Notes: a model not told the origin generated them from the sequence alone. Shown: positions 20,987 to 32,174, counted from the stretch's first letter. The stretch is DNA of 64,000 nt from an uncultured Veillonellaceae bacterium (GCA_963805085.1 CAWDTA010000002.1:1440001-1504000); one strand, 5' to 3'. Translations and numbers: made by a program.

Positions 20987-22345
20987 TTAATTCTCTCTTA
21001 CGCCATATGCAACTCGTCTAATATTGATTAAGTTCATAGGTCCTACATTGTCTGAGGTAGCACTGCCGCCTATTGCGCCGCATCCTAAAGTCAATGCTGG
21101 AACAAGATTAGTTGAAGCACCAATACCACCTAATGATCCTGAAGTATTGATCAAAAGTCTGGATACCGGCATCTTTAAGGCAAATTCTCTGATGACGGAG
21201 TTATCATTAGAATGAAGAATTAAAGTATGCCCTTTTCCCTCGTTCATTAGAATTTCTATACAGCGATCACAGGCTTTTTTAAGGTTCTCTTCACAGTAAA
21301 AAGCAAGTATGGGAGCTAATTTTTCTCTGGAATAGCAATTTAGCTTTCCTACTGTTGTTTGCTCAGAAATCAGTACCTTCGCTCCTGCAGGGATTGTTAT
21401 GCCTACTAAGTTGGCTATTGTTTGTACATTTTTTCCGACAATTTGCGGATTTATCATACCATTGCTTTTTAAAATATATAGCCCCAATTGCTCGGATTGT
21501 TCTGGAGTTAAGAAGTAAGCACCCTGTTTTTTGAATTCGGCGATAACGGCTTCTTTTGAGCAGGATTCGACAATAACGGATTGTTCTGAAGCGCAGATTA
21601 CACCATTATCAAAAGTCTTACTTTCTATAATTCTTTGCACAGCGAGTTGAAAATCTGCTGTTTTTTCGATGAAAGCAGGTCCATTGCCTGGACCTACTCC
21701 AATAGCGGGGGTGCCAGAACTATACGCTGCTTTAACCATAGCTTCGCCGCCTGTAGCAAGAATTAATGAAACATCGGGGTGCTTCATTAATTGTGTAGTA
21801 CCTTCCATGGAAAGAACCCTCATACAACCAATGATCCCTTCAGGAGCACCTGCTTTAACTGCAGCGTTCTGCAGTATAATTGCTGCTTCTATTGTGCAGT
21901 TTTTTGCTGATGGATGAGGAGAAAATACAATAGCATTTCCTGTTTTTAATGCTATGAGAGATTTGTAAATAACAGTGGAAGTAGGATTAGTAGAAGGCAC
22001 TAATGCAGTAATTATGCCAACTGGAACAGCTACGTCCATTACCATTTTTTCCTTGTCATCTGTTAAAATACCTACTGTTTTTATATGTTTGATGTGATTA
22101 TATACGACTTCACTGGCAAATTTATTTTTGATTATTTTATCTGACCATTTGCCGAACCCAGTTTCTGTATTGGCAAGCTTTGCAAGGTGATCAGCTTCTC
22201 TACTAGCAGCGATAGACATTGCTTCAATAATTTTATCAATTTGTTCTTGGGTAAAATCTTTATAAACTTCCTGTGCCTTTTTGGCTTTGGCAATTATATC
22301 ACGAGCCTCTTGGATAGATTGTAAATCTGAAGATAATGTTTGCAT
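20987..22345 (-). CDS. Acetaldehyde dehydrogenase (acetylating), EutE/AdhE-N type
   Basis: PSTNPTST, ATGG..MVKAAYSSG.PAIGVG.GN, SKTFDNG.ICASEQ. Confidence 0.92.
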   Translation of the reverse strand: MQTLSSDLQSIQEARDIIAKAKKAQEVYKDFTQEQIDKIIEAMSIAASREADHLAKLANTETGFGKWSDKIIKNKFASEVVYNHIKHIKTVGILTDDKEKMVMDVAVPVGIITALVPSTNPTSTVIYKSLIALKTGNAIVFSPHPSAKNCTIEAAIILQNAAVKAGAPEGIIGCMRVLSMEGTTQLMKHPDVSLILATGGEAMVKAAYSSGTPAIGVGPGNGPAFIEKTADFQLAVQRIIESKTFDNGVICASEQSVIVESCSKEAVIAEFKKQGAYFLTPEQSEQLGLYILKSNGMINPQIVGKNVQTIANLVGITIPAGAKVLISEQTTVGKLNCYSREKLAPILAFYCEENLKKACDRCIEILMNEGKGHTLILHSNDNSVIREFALKMPVSRLLINTSGSLGGIGASTNLVPALTLGCGAIGGSATSDNVGPMNLINIRRVAYGVREN

Positions 22346-22641
22346 GAGTAAACCCTCCTTGTTTTATTTAAATATCAAATCTCTAAATTGTATAGTGTAG
22401 TATTTTCAAAGAGTTTGTGGTGAATAATTTCCTGTTTTTAGACTAGGAAAAAGCTTGATCAACAAATTATCTTGTACATTATTGAAACATCTGTTAATAT
22501 GGAAAAAAATAGATTTTTTAGTGATAACTCTTCTTGATATGATAGTAACATTTTATTGTAGACAGAACTATTCGGTTTTTTAAAAAACTGTTTCTATTTT
22601 AAAAAAATTTGTATTTTTATGAATATTGAAAATACAATATA

Positions 22642-23508
22642 GTGGGAAATCTGCAAAGGAGGGATATTATGGATAAGTTTAATCGAAATCTGGAACTAAT
22701 TGATGGATTGGAAACTAATTATTTACGTATTTTGTATTATGATTTTGACAAGCAGTATCAAGGTATTTATAATTCCTATGAAAATAATCGATTATGTACC
22801 ATTATTAATGGTGCTAAAAAAGTAAAAATTAATGATTCCAATTTTTTTACTTATGATGAAAATGAATTTATTGTATTACCGCCTTATTCCAGTATAAACT
22901 TAGAAATAAATATTCCTACGACTGCATTAGTTATTGAAATTTTTAACGGATTAATTGAGGATATTACGGAAAAAGTTAGTTTGGAAACTGAGATAGAGTG
23001 TGTTTGTACCGCAGATAATAGTTTTTGTCATACAAAGAAGACAACTACACTACAAATCATCCTTGAAAAAATCTTTCAGACAGGTATAGGAACTGATAAA
23101 AACAAGGAATTCATTATCGATTTATATGCACAGGAAATGATATATGATTTGCTTAAAAATCAATATGTTCAGGATGTAAAAAGAAATCAATCAAACAATT
23201 TTATGCAATTAGCTATCAATTTAATGAAAAATAATCTTTCTGGTGATAGCAGCATTGCTGATATCGCACAAATTTTAAATATGTCGTCAGCTAGTTTTTC
23301 AATAAAATTTAAACAAATGACAGGTATAACACCTAATAAATATTTGACTAATTTAAAGCTGCTTCATGCCAAAACACAGTTGCAGTTAAACAATAAAAAT
23401 GTTACGGAAATTGCAATGGATTTGGGGTACGAAAATATTTCTCATTTTATTCAATTATTTAAAGAAAAATTTGGAGATACACCCAAACAATATCTTTTGA
23501 AGCAGTAA
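22642..23508 (+). CDS. AraC family regulator (start may be ATG 22669)
   Basis: C-terminal double HTH, GYENISHF..LFK..FG.TP.QY; divergent from ALDH. Confidence 0.9.
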   Translation: MGNLQRRDIMDKFNRNLELIDGLETNYLRILYYDFDKQYQGIYNSYENNRLCTIINGAKKVKINDSNFFTYDENEFIVLPPYSSINLEINIPTTALVIEIFNGLIEDITEKVSLETEIECVCTADNSFCHTKKTTTLQIILEKIFQTGIGTDKNKEFIIDLYAQEMIYDLLKNQYVQDVKRNQSNNFMQLAINLMKNNLSGDSSIADIAQILNMSSASFSIKFKQMTGITPNKYLTNLKLLHAKTQLQLNNKNVTEIAMDLGYENISHFIQLFKEKFGDTPKQYLLKQ

Positions 23509-23755
23509 TAGATCATAAGATAGAAGTAGAAGTCCTGATATTTTTGCAGGACTTCTATTATTTTTTCGTAATAAAATAATAAATTGTATTATAAGTCTGG
23601 GGTACAGGAGATGAATGGAAGTATTGTGAAATTTTAATAGATATTACTACTTTCCAATTGTTTCTTAACTTGTCCATTTAATAACAGAAGAGACCATGTT
23701 AATTTTGATTTGTCCCTTATTGAATTATTGATAAAATAGACTACGTCAGTGATGC

Positions 23756-23981
23756 TAAATAGAATATAAACACTAAAAAGGAAACTCTTGCTGAATTCTG
23801 TATAAATTTGGCAGGAGTTTTGAGCTTTCATGAGAATATGTAATTTTAATATCAAAAAGTTGATGGCAAGGTTGAGGAGGGCGAAGTAGCGGAGGTACTG
23901 TCTTAGGAAAAAGTAACAAGACGAAATCATCGTCCCCAGTCGTTCGAAAATGGTGGGACAGGGAACCTGTCCCCTTGTCCC
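23756..23981 (+). repeat. Array repeat copy 14 (long variant)
   Basis: Ends gggacagggaacctgtccccttgtccc. Confidence 0.95.
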
Positions 23982-24533
23982 TCCAATCCCTTTGCCTGCC
24001 ATCTCACCTTTGCTGATTAATTGACTTTTTTCACCATAAAAACACCTCTTACGTAATATAGTTTTGCTATACGACATAAGAGGTGCTTTTCTTTCTGTCC
24101 CAGTTTATGGCTTGGGGGCTATTAGATCCAATTATTGATATTGAGAAACTTCTTTTTTTAATATTTTGCAGGAGTCGTTTAACCAGTTCGTGCAATCGGT
24201 ACAACGCCTGATATACTCGTCGGGAGAGACGTTAAGTAACGAGCTGCCATACCCACGTTTATAATATGCTCAAAATCGGTACATTCTTTTGCAATAGTTT
24301 TTCTGTATATTTCATAAAGAAAGATTCACTCCTCTAGTGATTTTTTTTAGTATGTGCTTATTAGTATAAAACAATAAGCATGCCAGAACTGGATAAAGAA
24401 TTTTCATGGAAATATCAAGATTCTTAGTTGAAAAATGAATTTCAAAAGAATGTATATAATTGAAGGGGTGATGACGATATGAGGTAAGCGGATACACAGA
24501 ATTATTTTTTGTCAAAAAAATAAGGGGAGATGT

Positions 24534-25406
24534 TTGTTTATGAGAAATACGTGTAAAAGTGGAATGTTCCTTGGTTATGATAGTGGTGTAAGTACAACTG
24601 GTGTGAGTACTTATGATCCGGATATTGTATCGTTTGACTATTGCAACTGGAATGGTTCGGGAGCCAGTGCAATAAGCTATAACTACAATAGCACAGTGAA
24701 AAATTTAAATAAAACGATTTCTGTATCTTGCCATATGCCCAATCCGAACGGCGGAAATGCAAAAGTTGCAATGTCAGCCTCAGATTTTTCTACACTCGCC
24801 AGTACCCAGATAAAATCGATCACCTCATCCAGTTCTACAATGCTGCAAACATACAAGGCAGAAGTAGACAAAATAGCAGCTGGACTCAGCAATCTTGGAA
24901 CTACTGTGTATTTTAGACCGTTTCATGAAATGAATGGCAGTTGGTTTTGGTGGGGAAAGCAGTTAACAAGTGATTTCATTAATCTTTGGAAAAAATTATA
25001 TGATTATATTATAAATTATAAAGGTCTATCCAATGTAAAATTTGTTTATGCACCTAATAAGGGGAGTTATGCGGCTGACTATTATCCTGGGAGCAGCTAT
25101 GTGACATGGATAGGAATTGATGCTTATAGTGATGATCCTGTCAATGATTCGGATATCAAAACTGCCTACAATGCACTGGTTGGTAAAGGCAAGTCCATTG
25201 GTTTTAGTGAAATCGGGCCTACAGTAGGAGGGGCATATGTAGATAGCAGTAACAATCAGATTAAGAAATTTGACTATACTCTATGGAATAATGCGATAAA
25301 TTATACCTATACCAGTGCCAGTTTCTTCATAACCTGGGATGGCGCGTATGGGCCATATAACAATACAAATGGCAGTGTACTCTTCGGAGAACAGTCCTCA
25401 TGGTAA
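24534..25406 (+). CDS. Glycoside hydrolase family 26 (beta-mannanase-like), possibly 5'-truncated
   Basis: RPFHEMNGSWFWWG, YYPG..YV.WIG.D.Y, SEIG. Confidence 0.85.
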   Translation: MFMRNTCKSGMFLGYDSGVSTTGVSTYDPDIVSFDYCNWNGSGASAISYNYNSTVKNLNKTISVSCHMPNPNGGNAKVAMSASDFSTLASTQIKSITSSSSTMLQTYKAEVDKIAAGLSNLGTTVYFRPFHEMNGSWFWWGKQLTSDFINLWKKLYDYIINYKGLSNVKFVYAPNKGSYAADYYPGSSYVTWIGIDAYSDDPVNDSDIKTAYNALVGKGKSIGFSEIGPTVGGAYVDSSNNQIKKFDYTLWNNAINYTYTSASFFITWDGAYGPYNNTNGSVLFGEQSSW

Positions 25407-25546
25407 TTTTGTAAAGCGTCCGAATAGGGTGCTTTTCACTTGCAAGAATTTTGCCGATAGTTATAGTGTATGGATGTTTGCTCATATGCTTTGCTAACAT
25501 TTTATGCACTGCACACCGACTTCTTGTCTGCAACGATAATAATCAT

Positions 25547-25769
25547 TAAATAGAACACAAATAGTAAAAGGAAACTCCTACTGAATTCTGTATGAATTTT
25601 GCAGGAGTTTTGAGCTTTTATGAGAATATGTAAATTTAATATCAAAAATTGATGGCAGGTTGAGGCGGATGAAGTGGCGGAGGTAGTGTCTTAGAGGAAA
25701 GCAATAAGACGAAATCACCGTCCCCAGTTGTTCGAAAATAGTGGGACGGGGAACCTGTCCCCTTGTCCC
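25547..25769 (+). repeat. Array repeat copy 15 (long variant)
   Basis: Ends gggacggggaacctgtccccttgtccc. Confidence 0.95.
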
Positions 25770-25778
25770 ATAAGAGGT

Positions 25779-26513
25779 TTAAACTTGATTATTGACTACA
25801 ATTATATGGTTCCACCAAGTGCTCATTGCATTCATTAATTTTTGAGATGAAAAATATCTGTCTTTTCCTTTTGGTTGACCATCTTGATAGGTGGCATTCC
25901 AATTATTTGGATCATAAACTTCAAAGTAGGTGTTACCATCTACTACTCTGTAGCCTTTTACCACAATAAAATGACCTCCTTTATAATCGTAAAATCTTTC
26001 TATTCTTTGTTCAGAGTTATTGTTATATGGTATATAAGTTGTATCGATACATAAAATAAGTATATTTCCTTGCTGTAATTGAGATTTTAAAAGACTTTCT
26101 GATGGATTATCCCAAACTTTACCTTTGGTACCATTTAACTCAAGATAATTTAGAACATCATTCGTATACCACCATCCGCCATTTTCAGGATAAACAGCTC
26201 TTGCATCTTCAACAGTTTTAGAAAAGTCACTGTTTAGCCACTTTAATGCCATTATAGTACTAGACGGACCGCAGTTGCTATTTGAGTATTCTCCTGTGTT
26301 TCCCTGATCTATATACCAATCATAAGATCTATTATTACTGATATATTCAGATTGCACTACTCCTAGACCCCAGCTAGAATCAACTGTTGTAATACTACTT
26401 TGTGCAGCTTGTGCAATTACAGCACCGCTTAATAAAGTTACCAAAATTAAAAATGATGTAATAATTTTATTAAATTTAGTTTTAATCATATTATTTCCCT
26501 CCATTAATAACAT
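25779..26513 (-). CDS. Secreted C39-like cysteine peptidase
   Basis: Signal peptide; Q..NCGPSS, GHFIVVKGY, VYDP triad. Confidence 0.82.
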   Translation of the reverse strand: MLLMEGNNMIKTKFNKIITSFLILVTLLSGAVIAQAAQSSITTVDSSWGLGVVQSEYISNNRSYDWYIDQGNTGEYSNSNCGPSSTIMALKWLNSDFSKTVEDARAVYPENGGWWYTNDVLNYLELNGTKGKVWDNPSESLLKSQLQQGNILILCIDTTYIPYNNNSEQRIERFYDYKGGHFIVVKGYRVVDGNTYFEVYDPNNWNATYQDGQPKGKDRYFSSQKLMNAMSTWWNHIIVVNNQV

Positions 26514-26999
26514 GTTTTGTATTTATTTCACAGTAAAAATAGATATATTTACGACATGAAACAAAACTTTATTTCATCCAGACACGCCCCCTTTCTATAC
26601 TTAGCTATTGGATTTGACACAGGCGATAATTTACCAGAAATCCACATTAGCACTTAAGTTATCCTTCATAGTGCTTGCAATGTTAGCTAATATTTTTTTG
26701 AATCATTTGTAGAAAATATTCCTTTATATCAGCCTCCTTGTTTATATACATTCTTTAAATGTTGTTTTTTAAACCATAATCGACAAAAAAACACTGCTTA
26801 AGAAATAAATAAAATTTAGGGAATTATATCCGTAAAGAAAAACAGCAGACAGTACCTGTATAAAGGTATTGTCTGCTGTTTGGATAAAGATTTAAGAAGC
26901 TTTTTCGGATGTAGAGGGGCGATCTCCATTTCAATAAAATGGGGTGACTTTTCACGTCCGCTACCATCCCCTGTCGTTAAGAATAGTGCCTATAGTGCT

Positions 27000-27059
27000 A
27001 ATTAGAATATAACCAATACAGACGAAACTCCTGCTGAATTTTGTATGAATTTGGCAGGG
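27000..27059 (+). repeat. Array repeat copy 16 (5' half)
   Basis: agaatataacc...aaactcctgctgaattttgtatgaatttggcagg. Confidence 0.85.
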
Positions 27060-27134
27060 GGGTGAGCTGTTCAAAACCACCGTTGTCTAGTTCGTCAAAG
27101 AAGAAGAAAACTATTCTTTGGGAGATGATTAATA

Positions 27135-28214
27135 ATGAAAACTAAGTTTTTTATTCTGTTGTTTTTTTCAGTATTTATTTTTGGTTCTAACTTTTCACAA
27201 GCTTATGCGGAAGATCAATTTTTATTTTTAGGACAGTCAGCAAGTGCAGAGGCTTATCTGGATACTGCAACACTTTCTGTTACAAAAGATGATAGAAAGT
27301 GCATTTATTATGACGCATGGATAAAGAGTAAGAATAAACAGGAAGTTCAGCAATTAGATGTTTTTAATAATCAGCAAGAATATGTAGATTATGAATTCTT
27401 TCATATGATATTTGCTATAACTCAAGATAAGAAAATGATTCAGATTCGGAGTGTTAGTCCTTATGGTAAAAGTGGTGCAAAGCTTTTGGGGGATAGGGCG
27501 AATAATCCAATGTTTACAGACATCATCAAAGGTTCAATGGCTGATGTGCTGGCTGATGAAATAACAAGATATGTATCACAAAATTGGGTGGGGCCAATCC
27601 CCGATTTGGATGAAAAATATCTGCCCTTGGATGAGACGAAATTTTATAATTTATTTACATCTAAAGGATATGCGCTAAATAAAATAGAGGAGTCACAGGG
27701 ACCTAAGCCAGCAAATAATGATTCTTATATCTCTACTACAACGCCGTATAGCTTTTTAGATAAAGCTCTTGATAAAGAAGTCTGGTTTAGTGCATCTGGC
27801 GATGATAAGCAACATTTAAATATGGCACATGTATCTTTTGGCACTGAAGGGCAAAATTATAAACAATCTGAATTGTTTACTAATAATTTATCTTTAGAAG
27901 AAAAAATAAATTTGTTTTACACGGCACTACAAGCATTGTTTCCAGAATGGTCAAAAGATGAATCTGAAAAATGGGTAAATGATTCAATTGCCAGAATGAA
28001 TCAAAGCGATAAAGTCATGTTTATATATTTGCATAAGGGTAAAAATTATATAATGATTTCGCGGCAGCCGACAAACGATAATATAGCAGTATTATATGTG
28101 CTCAAAATTTCTCCAATTGAGCCAATCGAGGTTAATCCTATCCAGTCATATTATGAGCGTAACAATGCTATTTCTATTTATGAGGAATGGAAACCATCAA
28201 AAAAGAATGATTAA
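27135..28214 (+). CDS. Secreted hypothetical protein
   Basis: 359-aa ORF, RBS ggag, signal peptide with AYA site. Confidence 0.75.
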   Translation: MKTKFFILLFFSVFIFGSNFSQAYAEDQFLFLGQSASAEAYLDTATLSVTKDDRKCIYYDAWIKSKNKQEVQQLDVFNNQQEYVDYEFFHMIFAITQDKKMIQIRSVSPYGKSGAKLLGDRANNPMFTDIIKGSMADVLADEITRYVSQNWVGPIPDLDEKYLPLDETKFYNLFTSKGYALNKIEESQGPKPANNDSYISTTTPYSFLDKALDKEVWFSASGDDKQHLNMAHVSFGTEGQNYKQSELFTNNLSLEEKINLFYTALQALFPEWSKDESEKWVNDSIARMNQSDKVMFIYLHKGKNYIMISRQPTNDNIAVLYVLKISPIEPIEVNPIQSYYERNNAISIYEEWKPSKKND

Positions 28215-28222
28215 GTACTGTT

Positions 28223-28391
28223 GAATAGAATATAAACAGTAAAAAGGAAACTCCTGCTGAAATTTGTATGAATTTGGCAGGAGTTTTGAGCTTTTATGAG
28301 AATATGTAAATTTAATATCAAAAAGCGATGGCAAGGTGACGGAAAAGGAACGTCCCCGCCTGTCTCGCCTGTCTCCCCCGCCTGTCCGTCC
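28223..28391 (+). repeat. Array repeat copy 17 with tandem cgcctgtc tail
   Basis: Near-consensus core then cgtccccgcctgtctcgcctgtctcccccgcctgtccgtcc. Confidence 0.95.
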
Positions 28392-28409
28392 TGGTTTGGA
28401 GGTGTAAGT

Positions 28410-28991
28410 ATGAAAAAGATTTTGTTATTATTGGCCAATGGTTTTGAAGCCTATGAAGCAAGTGTTTTTACTGATGTATTGGACTGGAATATGGAAGAGG
28501 GGGACGGATCAACTCAAGTGGTGACTTGTAGTTTACACAAGCAGATTACTTGTACTGGACGTTTAACTGTAATTCCTGAATTACTAATATCACAAGTTGA
28601 TGTAGCTAAGTTTGACGCATTGGCGATTCCAGGCGGGTATGAATCTAAAGGGTTTTATAAGGATGCATATAGTGACGAGTTCTTGACTCTTATTCAAAAG
28701 TTTAATTCAGTAGAAAAAATCATTTCTGCAATTTGCGTCGGAGCTTTACCAGTGGGAAAAAGCGGAGCATTATTTGGTCGTCAAGGAACGACATATCATT
28801 TGAATAATGGATATCGTCAACAGCAATTAGCTTCCTTTGGGGTTAGTGTTGTTAACCAACCGATAGTAATTGATAGTAACATTATAACGTCTTCGTCACC
28901 AGCAACAGCAATGGACGTTGCCTTTAAGCTATTGGAGATGCTTACATCATTGGAAAACTGTCGTCATGTTAAATATTTAATGGGTTTTTAA
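28410..28991 (+). CDS. DJ-1/PfpI family protein
   Basis: GFE..E, IPGG, AICVG, TSSSP; RBS ggaggtg before ATG 28410. Confidence 0.9.
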   Translation: MKKILLLLANGFEAYEASVFTDVLDWNMEEGDGSTQVVTCSLHKQITCTGRLTVIPELLISQVDVAKFDALAIPGGYESKGFYKDAYSDEFLTLIQKFNSVEKIISAICVGALPVGKSGALFGRQGTTYHLNNGYRQQQLASFGVSVVNQPIVIDSNIITSSSPATAMDVAFKLLEMLTSLENCRHVKYLMGF

Positions 28992-29005
28992 TAAACGCTA
29001 TACTC

Positions 29006-29097
29006 GTTTAAAATCAAAAAGTGATGGCAAGGTTGAGGAGGGCGAAGTGGTGGAGGTAGTGTCTTAGAAAAAAGCAACAAGACGAAATCAATGTCCC
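29006..29097 (+). repeat. Array repeat copy 18 (partial long variant)
   Basis: atcaaaaagtgatggcaaggttgaggagggcgaagtgg...gacgaaatcaatgtccc. Confidence 0.88.
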
Positions 29098-29103
29098 TAG
29101 TCT

Positions 29104-29829
29104 ATGGAGGGTGAAAACTTGTGGGAAGAAGCTTTACGTTTATTAGACAAAGACAAAATCCGAAATTGCAATATCATTAATTTTATAGACCAATATCCGA
29201 TAGAACGGATTGAAATAATGGGACAGTCGGTATTGGTGAGAGGTATAAGTGATGAAATCTGGAATTATATTAGCAGCGAAAATGTAAATGAGTTTGAAAA
29301 GTTGATTGAAAATGAGCAAGCTGCAGGTACACATTTTGCTGCTATTGAAGACTGGATGCTTCCTTATTTAACACTAAGTAGGACGGTAGTTTGGCAGTTA
29401 ACAAGTATAAAATTAGTGTTTACACATGATGTATCATTGCTGCCTGCTAATAAACATAATGTATCTGAATTAAAACCAGAGGATGCACAGTATATCTACA
29501 AACATTATAATTATCAAAAGTATACATCGGTAGAATATATTGCTAATCGTATTAAAAATGGTAATGCGTTAGGTATCTATGAAGACAGTAAACTTATAGC
29601 TTGGATTGCGACTCATGATGATGGTGCAATGGGTTTATTACATGTACTGCCGGAATATAGAAAAAAAGGATATGGATATGAACTGACTGTTGCCTTAATA
29701 ATGGGCTTGTATGAACAAGGTAAGCTTCCATTTGTTCATATTGAAGAGGAAAATGAAAAGTCGATGAATCTAGTATTAAAAGTCGGTTTTGTAAAAGATA
29801 GGCGTATTCACTGGTTAAAAGTGAAGTGA
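29104..29829 (+). CDS. GNAT acetyltransferase (start may be GTG 29121)
   Basis: LHVLPEYRKKGYG, N.KS..L..K.GF. Confidence 0.88.
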   Translation: MEGENLWEEALRLLDKDKIRNCNIINFIDQYPIERIEIMGQSVLVRGISDEIWNYISSENVNEFEKLIENEQAAGTHFAAIEDWMLPYLTLSRTVVWQLTSIKLVFTHDVSLLPANKHNVSELKPEDAQYIYKHYNYQKYTSVEYIANRIKNGNALGIYEDSKLIAWIATHDDGAMGLLHVLPEYRKKGYGYELTVALIMGLYEQGKLPFVHIEEENEKSMNLVLKVGFVKDRRIHWLKVK

Positions 29830-29924
29830 ATTTTGCCAAGCCTTCAAATTCTTTTAACGTCATTTTTTGCCAAATTTTTATGAATTTTTAATAAATCTTT
29901 TACAAAGATTTTAGATAACATTGT

Positions 29925-30064
29925 TAAATAGAAATATAAACACTAAAAAGGAAACTCCTGCTGAATTCTGTATGAATTTGGCAGGAGTTTTGAGCTTTTA
30001 TGAGAATATGTAAGTTTAATAGTTAAAAAGCCGATGGCAAGGTGACGGGAAAAAAAACGTCCCC
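29925..30064 (+). repeat. Array repeat copy 19
   Basis: Near-consensus core to aaaacgtcccc. Confidence 0.95.
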
Positions 30065-30066
30065 GA

Positions 30067-30636
30067 ATGTTTCAGATTTATTTGTGGCAATTTGCCTTTA
30101 GAGGAGTGTTTATTATTTTCAAGATAACCAAAAGTGCTATACCTAATTCATTGACTCTTGCCAATTTAGGGTGTGGTATTATGTCTATAATGATGTTATT
30201 CCAGTTGAACTATATATGGTCTGCCATTTTTATATTATTAGCATGCCTTGCAGATCGATATGATGGATTTGTTGCTAGATGGCTAAATGTGTCAGGTGAA
30301 TTAGGAAAAGAGCTTGATTCTCTTGCGGATGTAGTTTCTTTTGGGGTTGCGCCGTCTATACTTGCTTTTAATCTCTATGGATTTTCAGAATTGGGGATTT
30401 GGGGGTATTTATTGTTATTGTTATTCCCGCTGGCTGGTGCGTATAGGTTAGCCAGATTCAATGTTACTGAATTTGACGGAGAATTTTATGGTATTCCTAT
30501 AACTTTCGCTGGTATGTTTATGGCATTATATTGCCTAGCTACGGTAAAATACTTATTGCCATTAGGAGTTACAGCAATATTAATGATTGCTCTATCTTAC
30601 CTTATGGTTTGCAAGCATAAATTTAAAAAGTTTTAA
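30067..30636 (+). CDS. pssA: CDP-diacylglycerol--serine O-phosphatidyltransferase (true start probably ~30112)
   Basis: IPN.LTL.N, D..DG.VAR...S.LGKELDSLAD.VSFGVAP, RLARFN. Confidence 0.88.
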   Translation: MFQIYLWQFAFRGVFIIFKITKSAIPNSLTLANLGCGIMSIMMLFQLNYIWSAIFILLACLADRYDGFVARWLNVSGELGKELDSLADVVSFGVAPSILAFNLYGFSELGIWGYLLLLLFPLAGAYRLARFNVTEFDGEFYGIPITFAGMFMALYCLATVKYLLPLGVTAILMIALSYLMVCKHKFKKF

Positions 30637-30701
30637 AAATGTAAAAGGTAGTTGTGGAATCAACAAGTAAATTTTTGTCTGTTTAAATTTTGACAAATCG
30701 T

Positions 30702-30825
30702 TAAATAGAATATAAACACTAAAAAGGAAACTCCTGCTGAATTTTGTATTAATTTGGCAGGAGTTTTGAGCTTTTATGAGAATATGTAAGTTTAATGTGA
30801 AAAGTTAATGGCAAGGTGACAGAAA
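30702..30825 (+). repeat. Array repeat copy 20, left part (split by IS110; right part 32410-32430)
   Basis: ...gcaaggtgacagaaa | IS | aaaggaacgtccccgcctgcc. Confidence 0.93.
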
Positions 30826-30944
30826 CCTGCTAATAAAAATCAATAGTTTTTCAATAAAAATTTCTGAATATATTTTATTGAAAAAAGGGCATGGCTAAGC
30901 AGTCCGGTTAAATTATAAAACCGGATTTTAGATGTTTATTGCAA

Positions 30945-32147
30945 TTAACCTGCTATTGTCTCTTTTACTCGTGTATAATAAATTCTTAGAAATTTATTCA
31001 ACCCTGCAATTTTAGCAACTTTTTTAGGTTTACCTTCTGCCTCTTTCTTAAGAATATATCTGTATACAGCATTATCATAATCTGGTTTGACTGTCTTTAA
31101 ACACTTCATAACTTCATATCCTGTTTTACGTAAAATAGACGAGCCACGCTTAGAAATTTTTCTTTTTGTTGCTGTAAATCGCCCGGATTCATAAGGTGGT
31201 GTATCAAGACCTGCATATGCAATTAAAGAGCTCCCGTTATGAAACCTACGTACATCTCCGATTTCGGCAATCAAACGTAGTGCTAATTTGTCACCGACAC
31301 CCGGCATTGCACGAACAATGCTGTATTCTTTCAAACTCTTTGCTAACTCATTCATTCGTGCTAAAATATTGTGTAAGGACTTCTCTGTTTGGAGAAGTAC
31401 CTTGACAGCTTCTTGTACGAGCATTTTGGTCGATGGCGTACTGGAAGGCAATGTTGGGATACCTGTTTAGGCTAAAGCATATATTTGATGTGCTTTTTTC
31501 TCATTAGCTTGGTATCCCTTTTTACTTGCCCATTTCACATACGTATCTACAAAATGTTTTTCTCCTTTGTTAGTGATTATGTCATAATGCCAGAATCTAA
31601 ACGCAAAATCTCCGATTTTATTATGAGAAAAATCATCTGAATGACTTTTAAGTAAGTCCTTGATTTCTGGCATCGTACGATCAAGCATACAAGTAAGAGT
31701 AATTTTAGACTTTACATACATTCCCATGAATTGAATGTACTGACGCCCCAGTATTTTTAATTCATCATATATTTTTTCATCAGGACGGTAATCGGTTAAA
31801 TCAAACCAATGGTCAATACCGAAGTTAGCAATTCTGCCAGCATCTATTTTATCCGTCTTTGCTTTACGCAATGAAACATTGATATATTTTTTCATAACTA
31901 AAGGATTAACTACCGAAACAAAGATACCGTTTTCTTTCATAAACGCTAGAATGGGCAGATGATAATAGCCAGTTGCCTCCAATACAACACGTGTTTCCTC
32001 GTTAAATTGCTTAATTGTTTTTACCAGTGCTGTTAAATCTTCTACCGTGTGTGTAATTTCAAATGGTCGCTGAATAATTTCACCATAAGGCTTTAAAATA
32101 CAAACGGTACTTTTACCTTTTGAAACGTCAATTCCTACACTGATCAA
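30945..32147 (-). pseudogene. IS110 transposase/recombinase with one in-frame TAA at 31467-31469
   Basis: GIDVSK, EATG, KTDKIDA; C-terminal PGVG, AEIGD..RF, YAGL.P..ESG; the two ORFs are in the same frame. Confidence 0.92.
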
Positions 32148-32174
32148 GGGGATATACCTCCTAATATAATCTTT

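Noticed and set aside
28291-28320. dif/Xer-like site within the repeat (atgagaa-tatgta-aatttaat)
   Set aside because: Only AGAA-TAT resembles B. subtilis dif; the XerD arm TTATGTAAA is absent.
28296-28409. N-terminal extension of the DJ-1 ORF (likewise 16441-16488 of the cat-like ORF)
   Set aside because: The DJ-1 extension runs through the repeat; good RBS-ATG pairs lie at 28410 and 16489.
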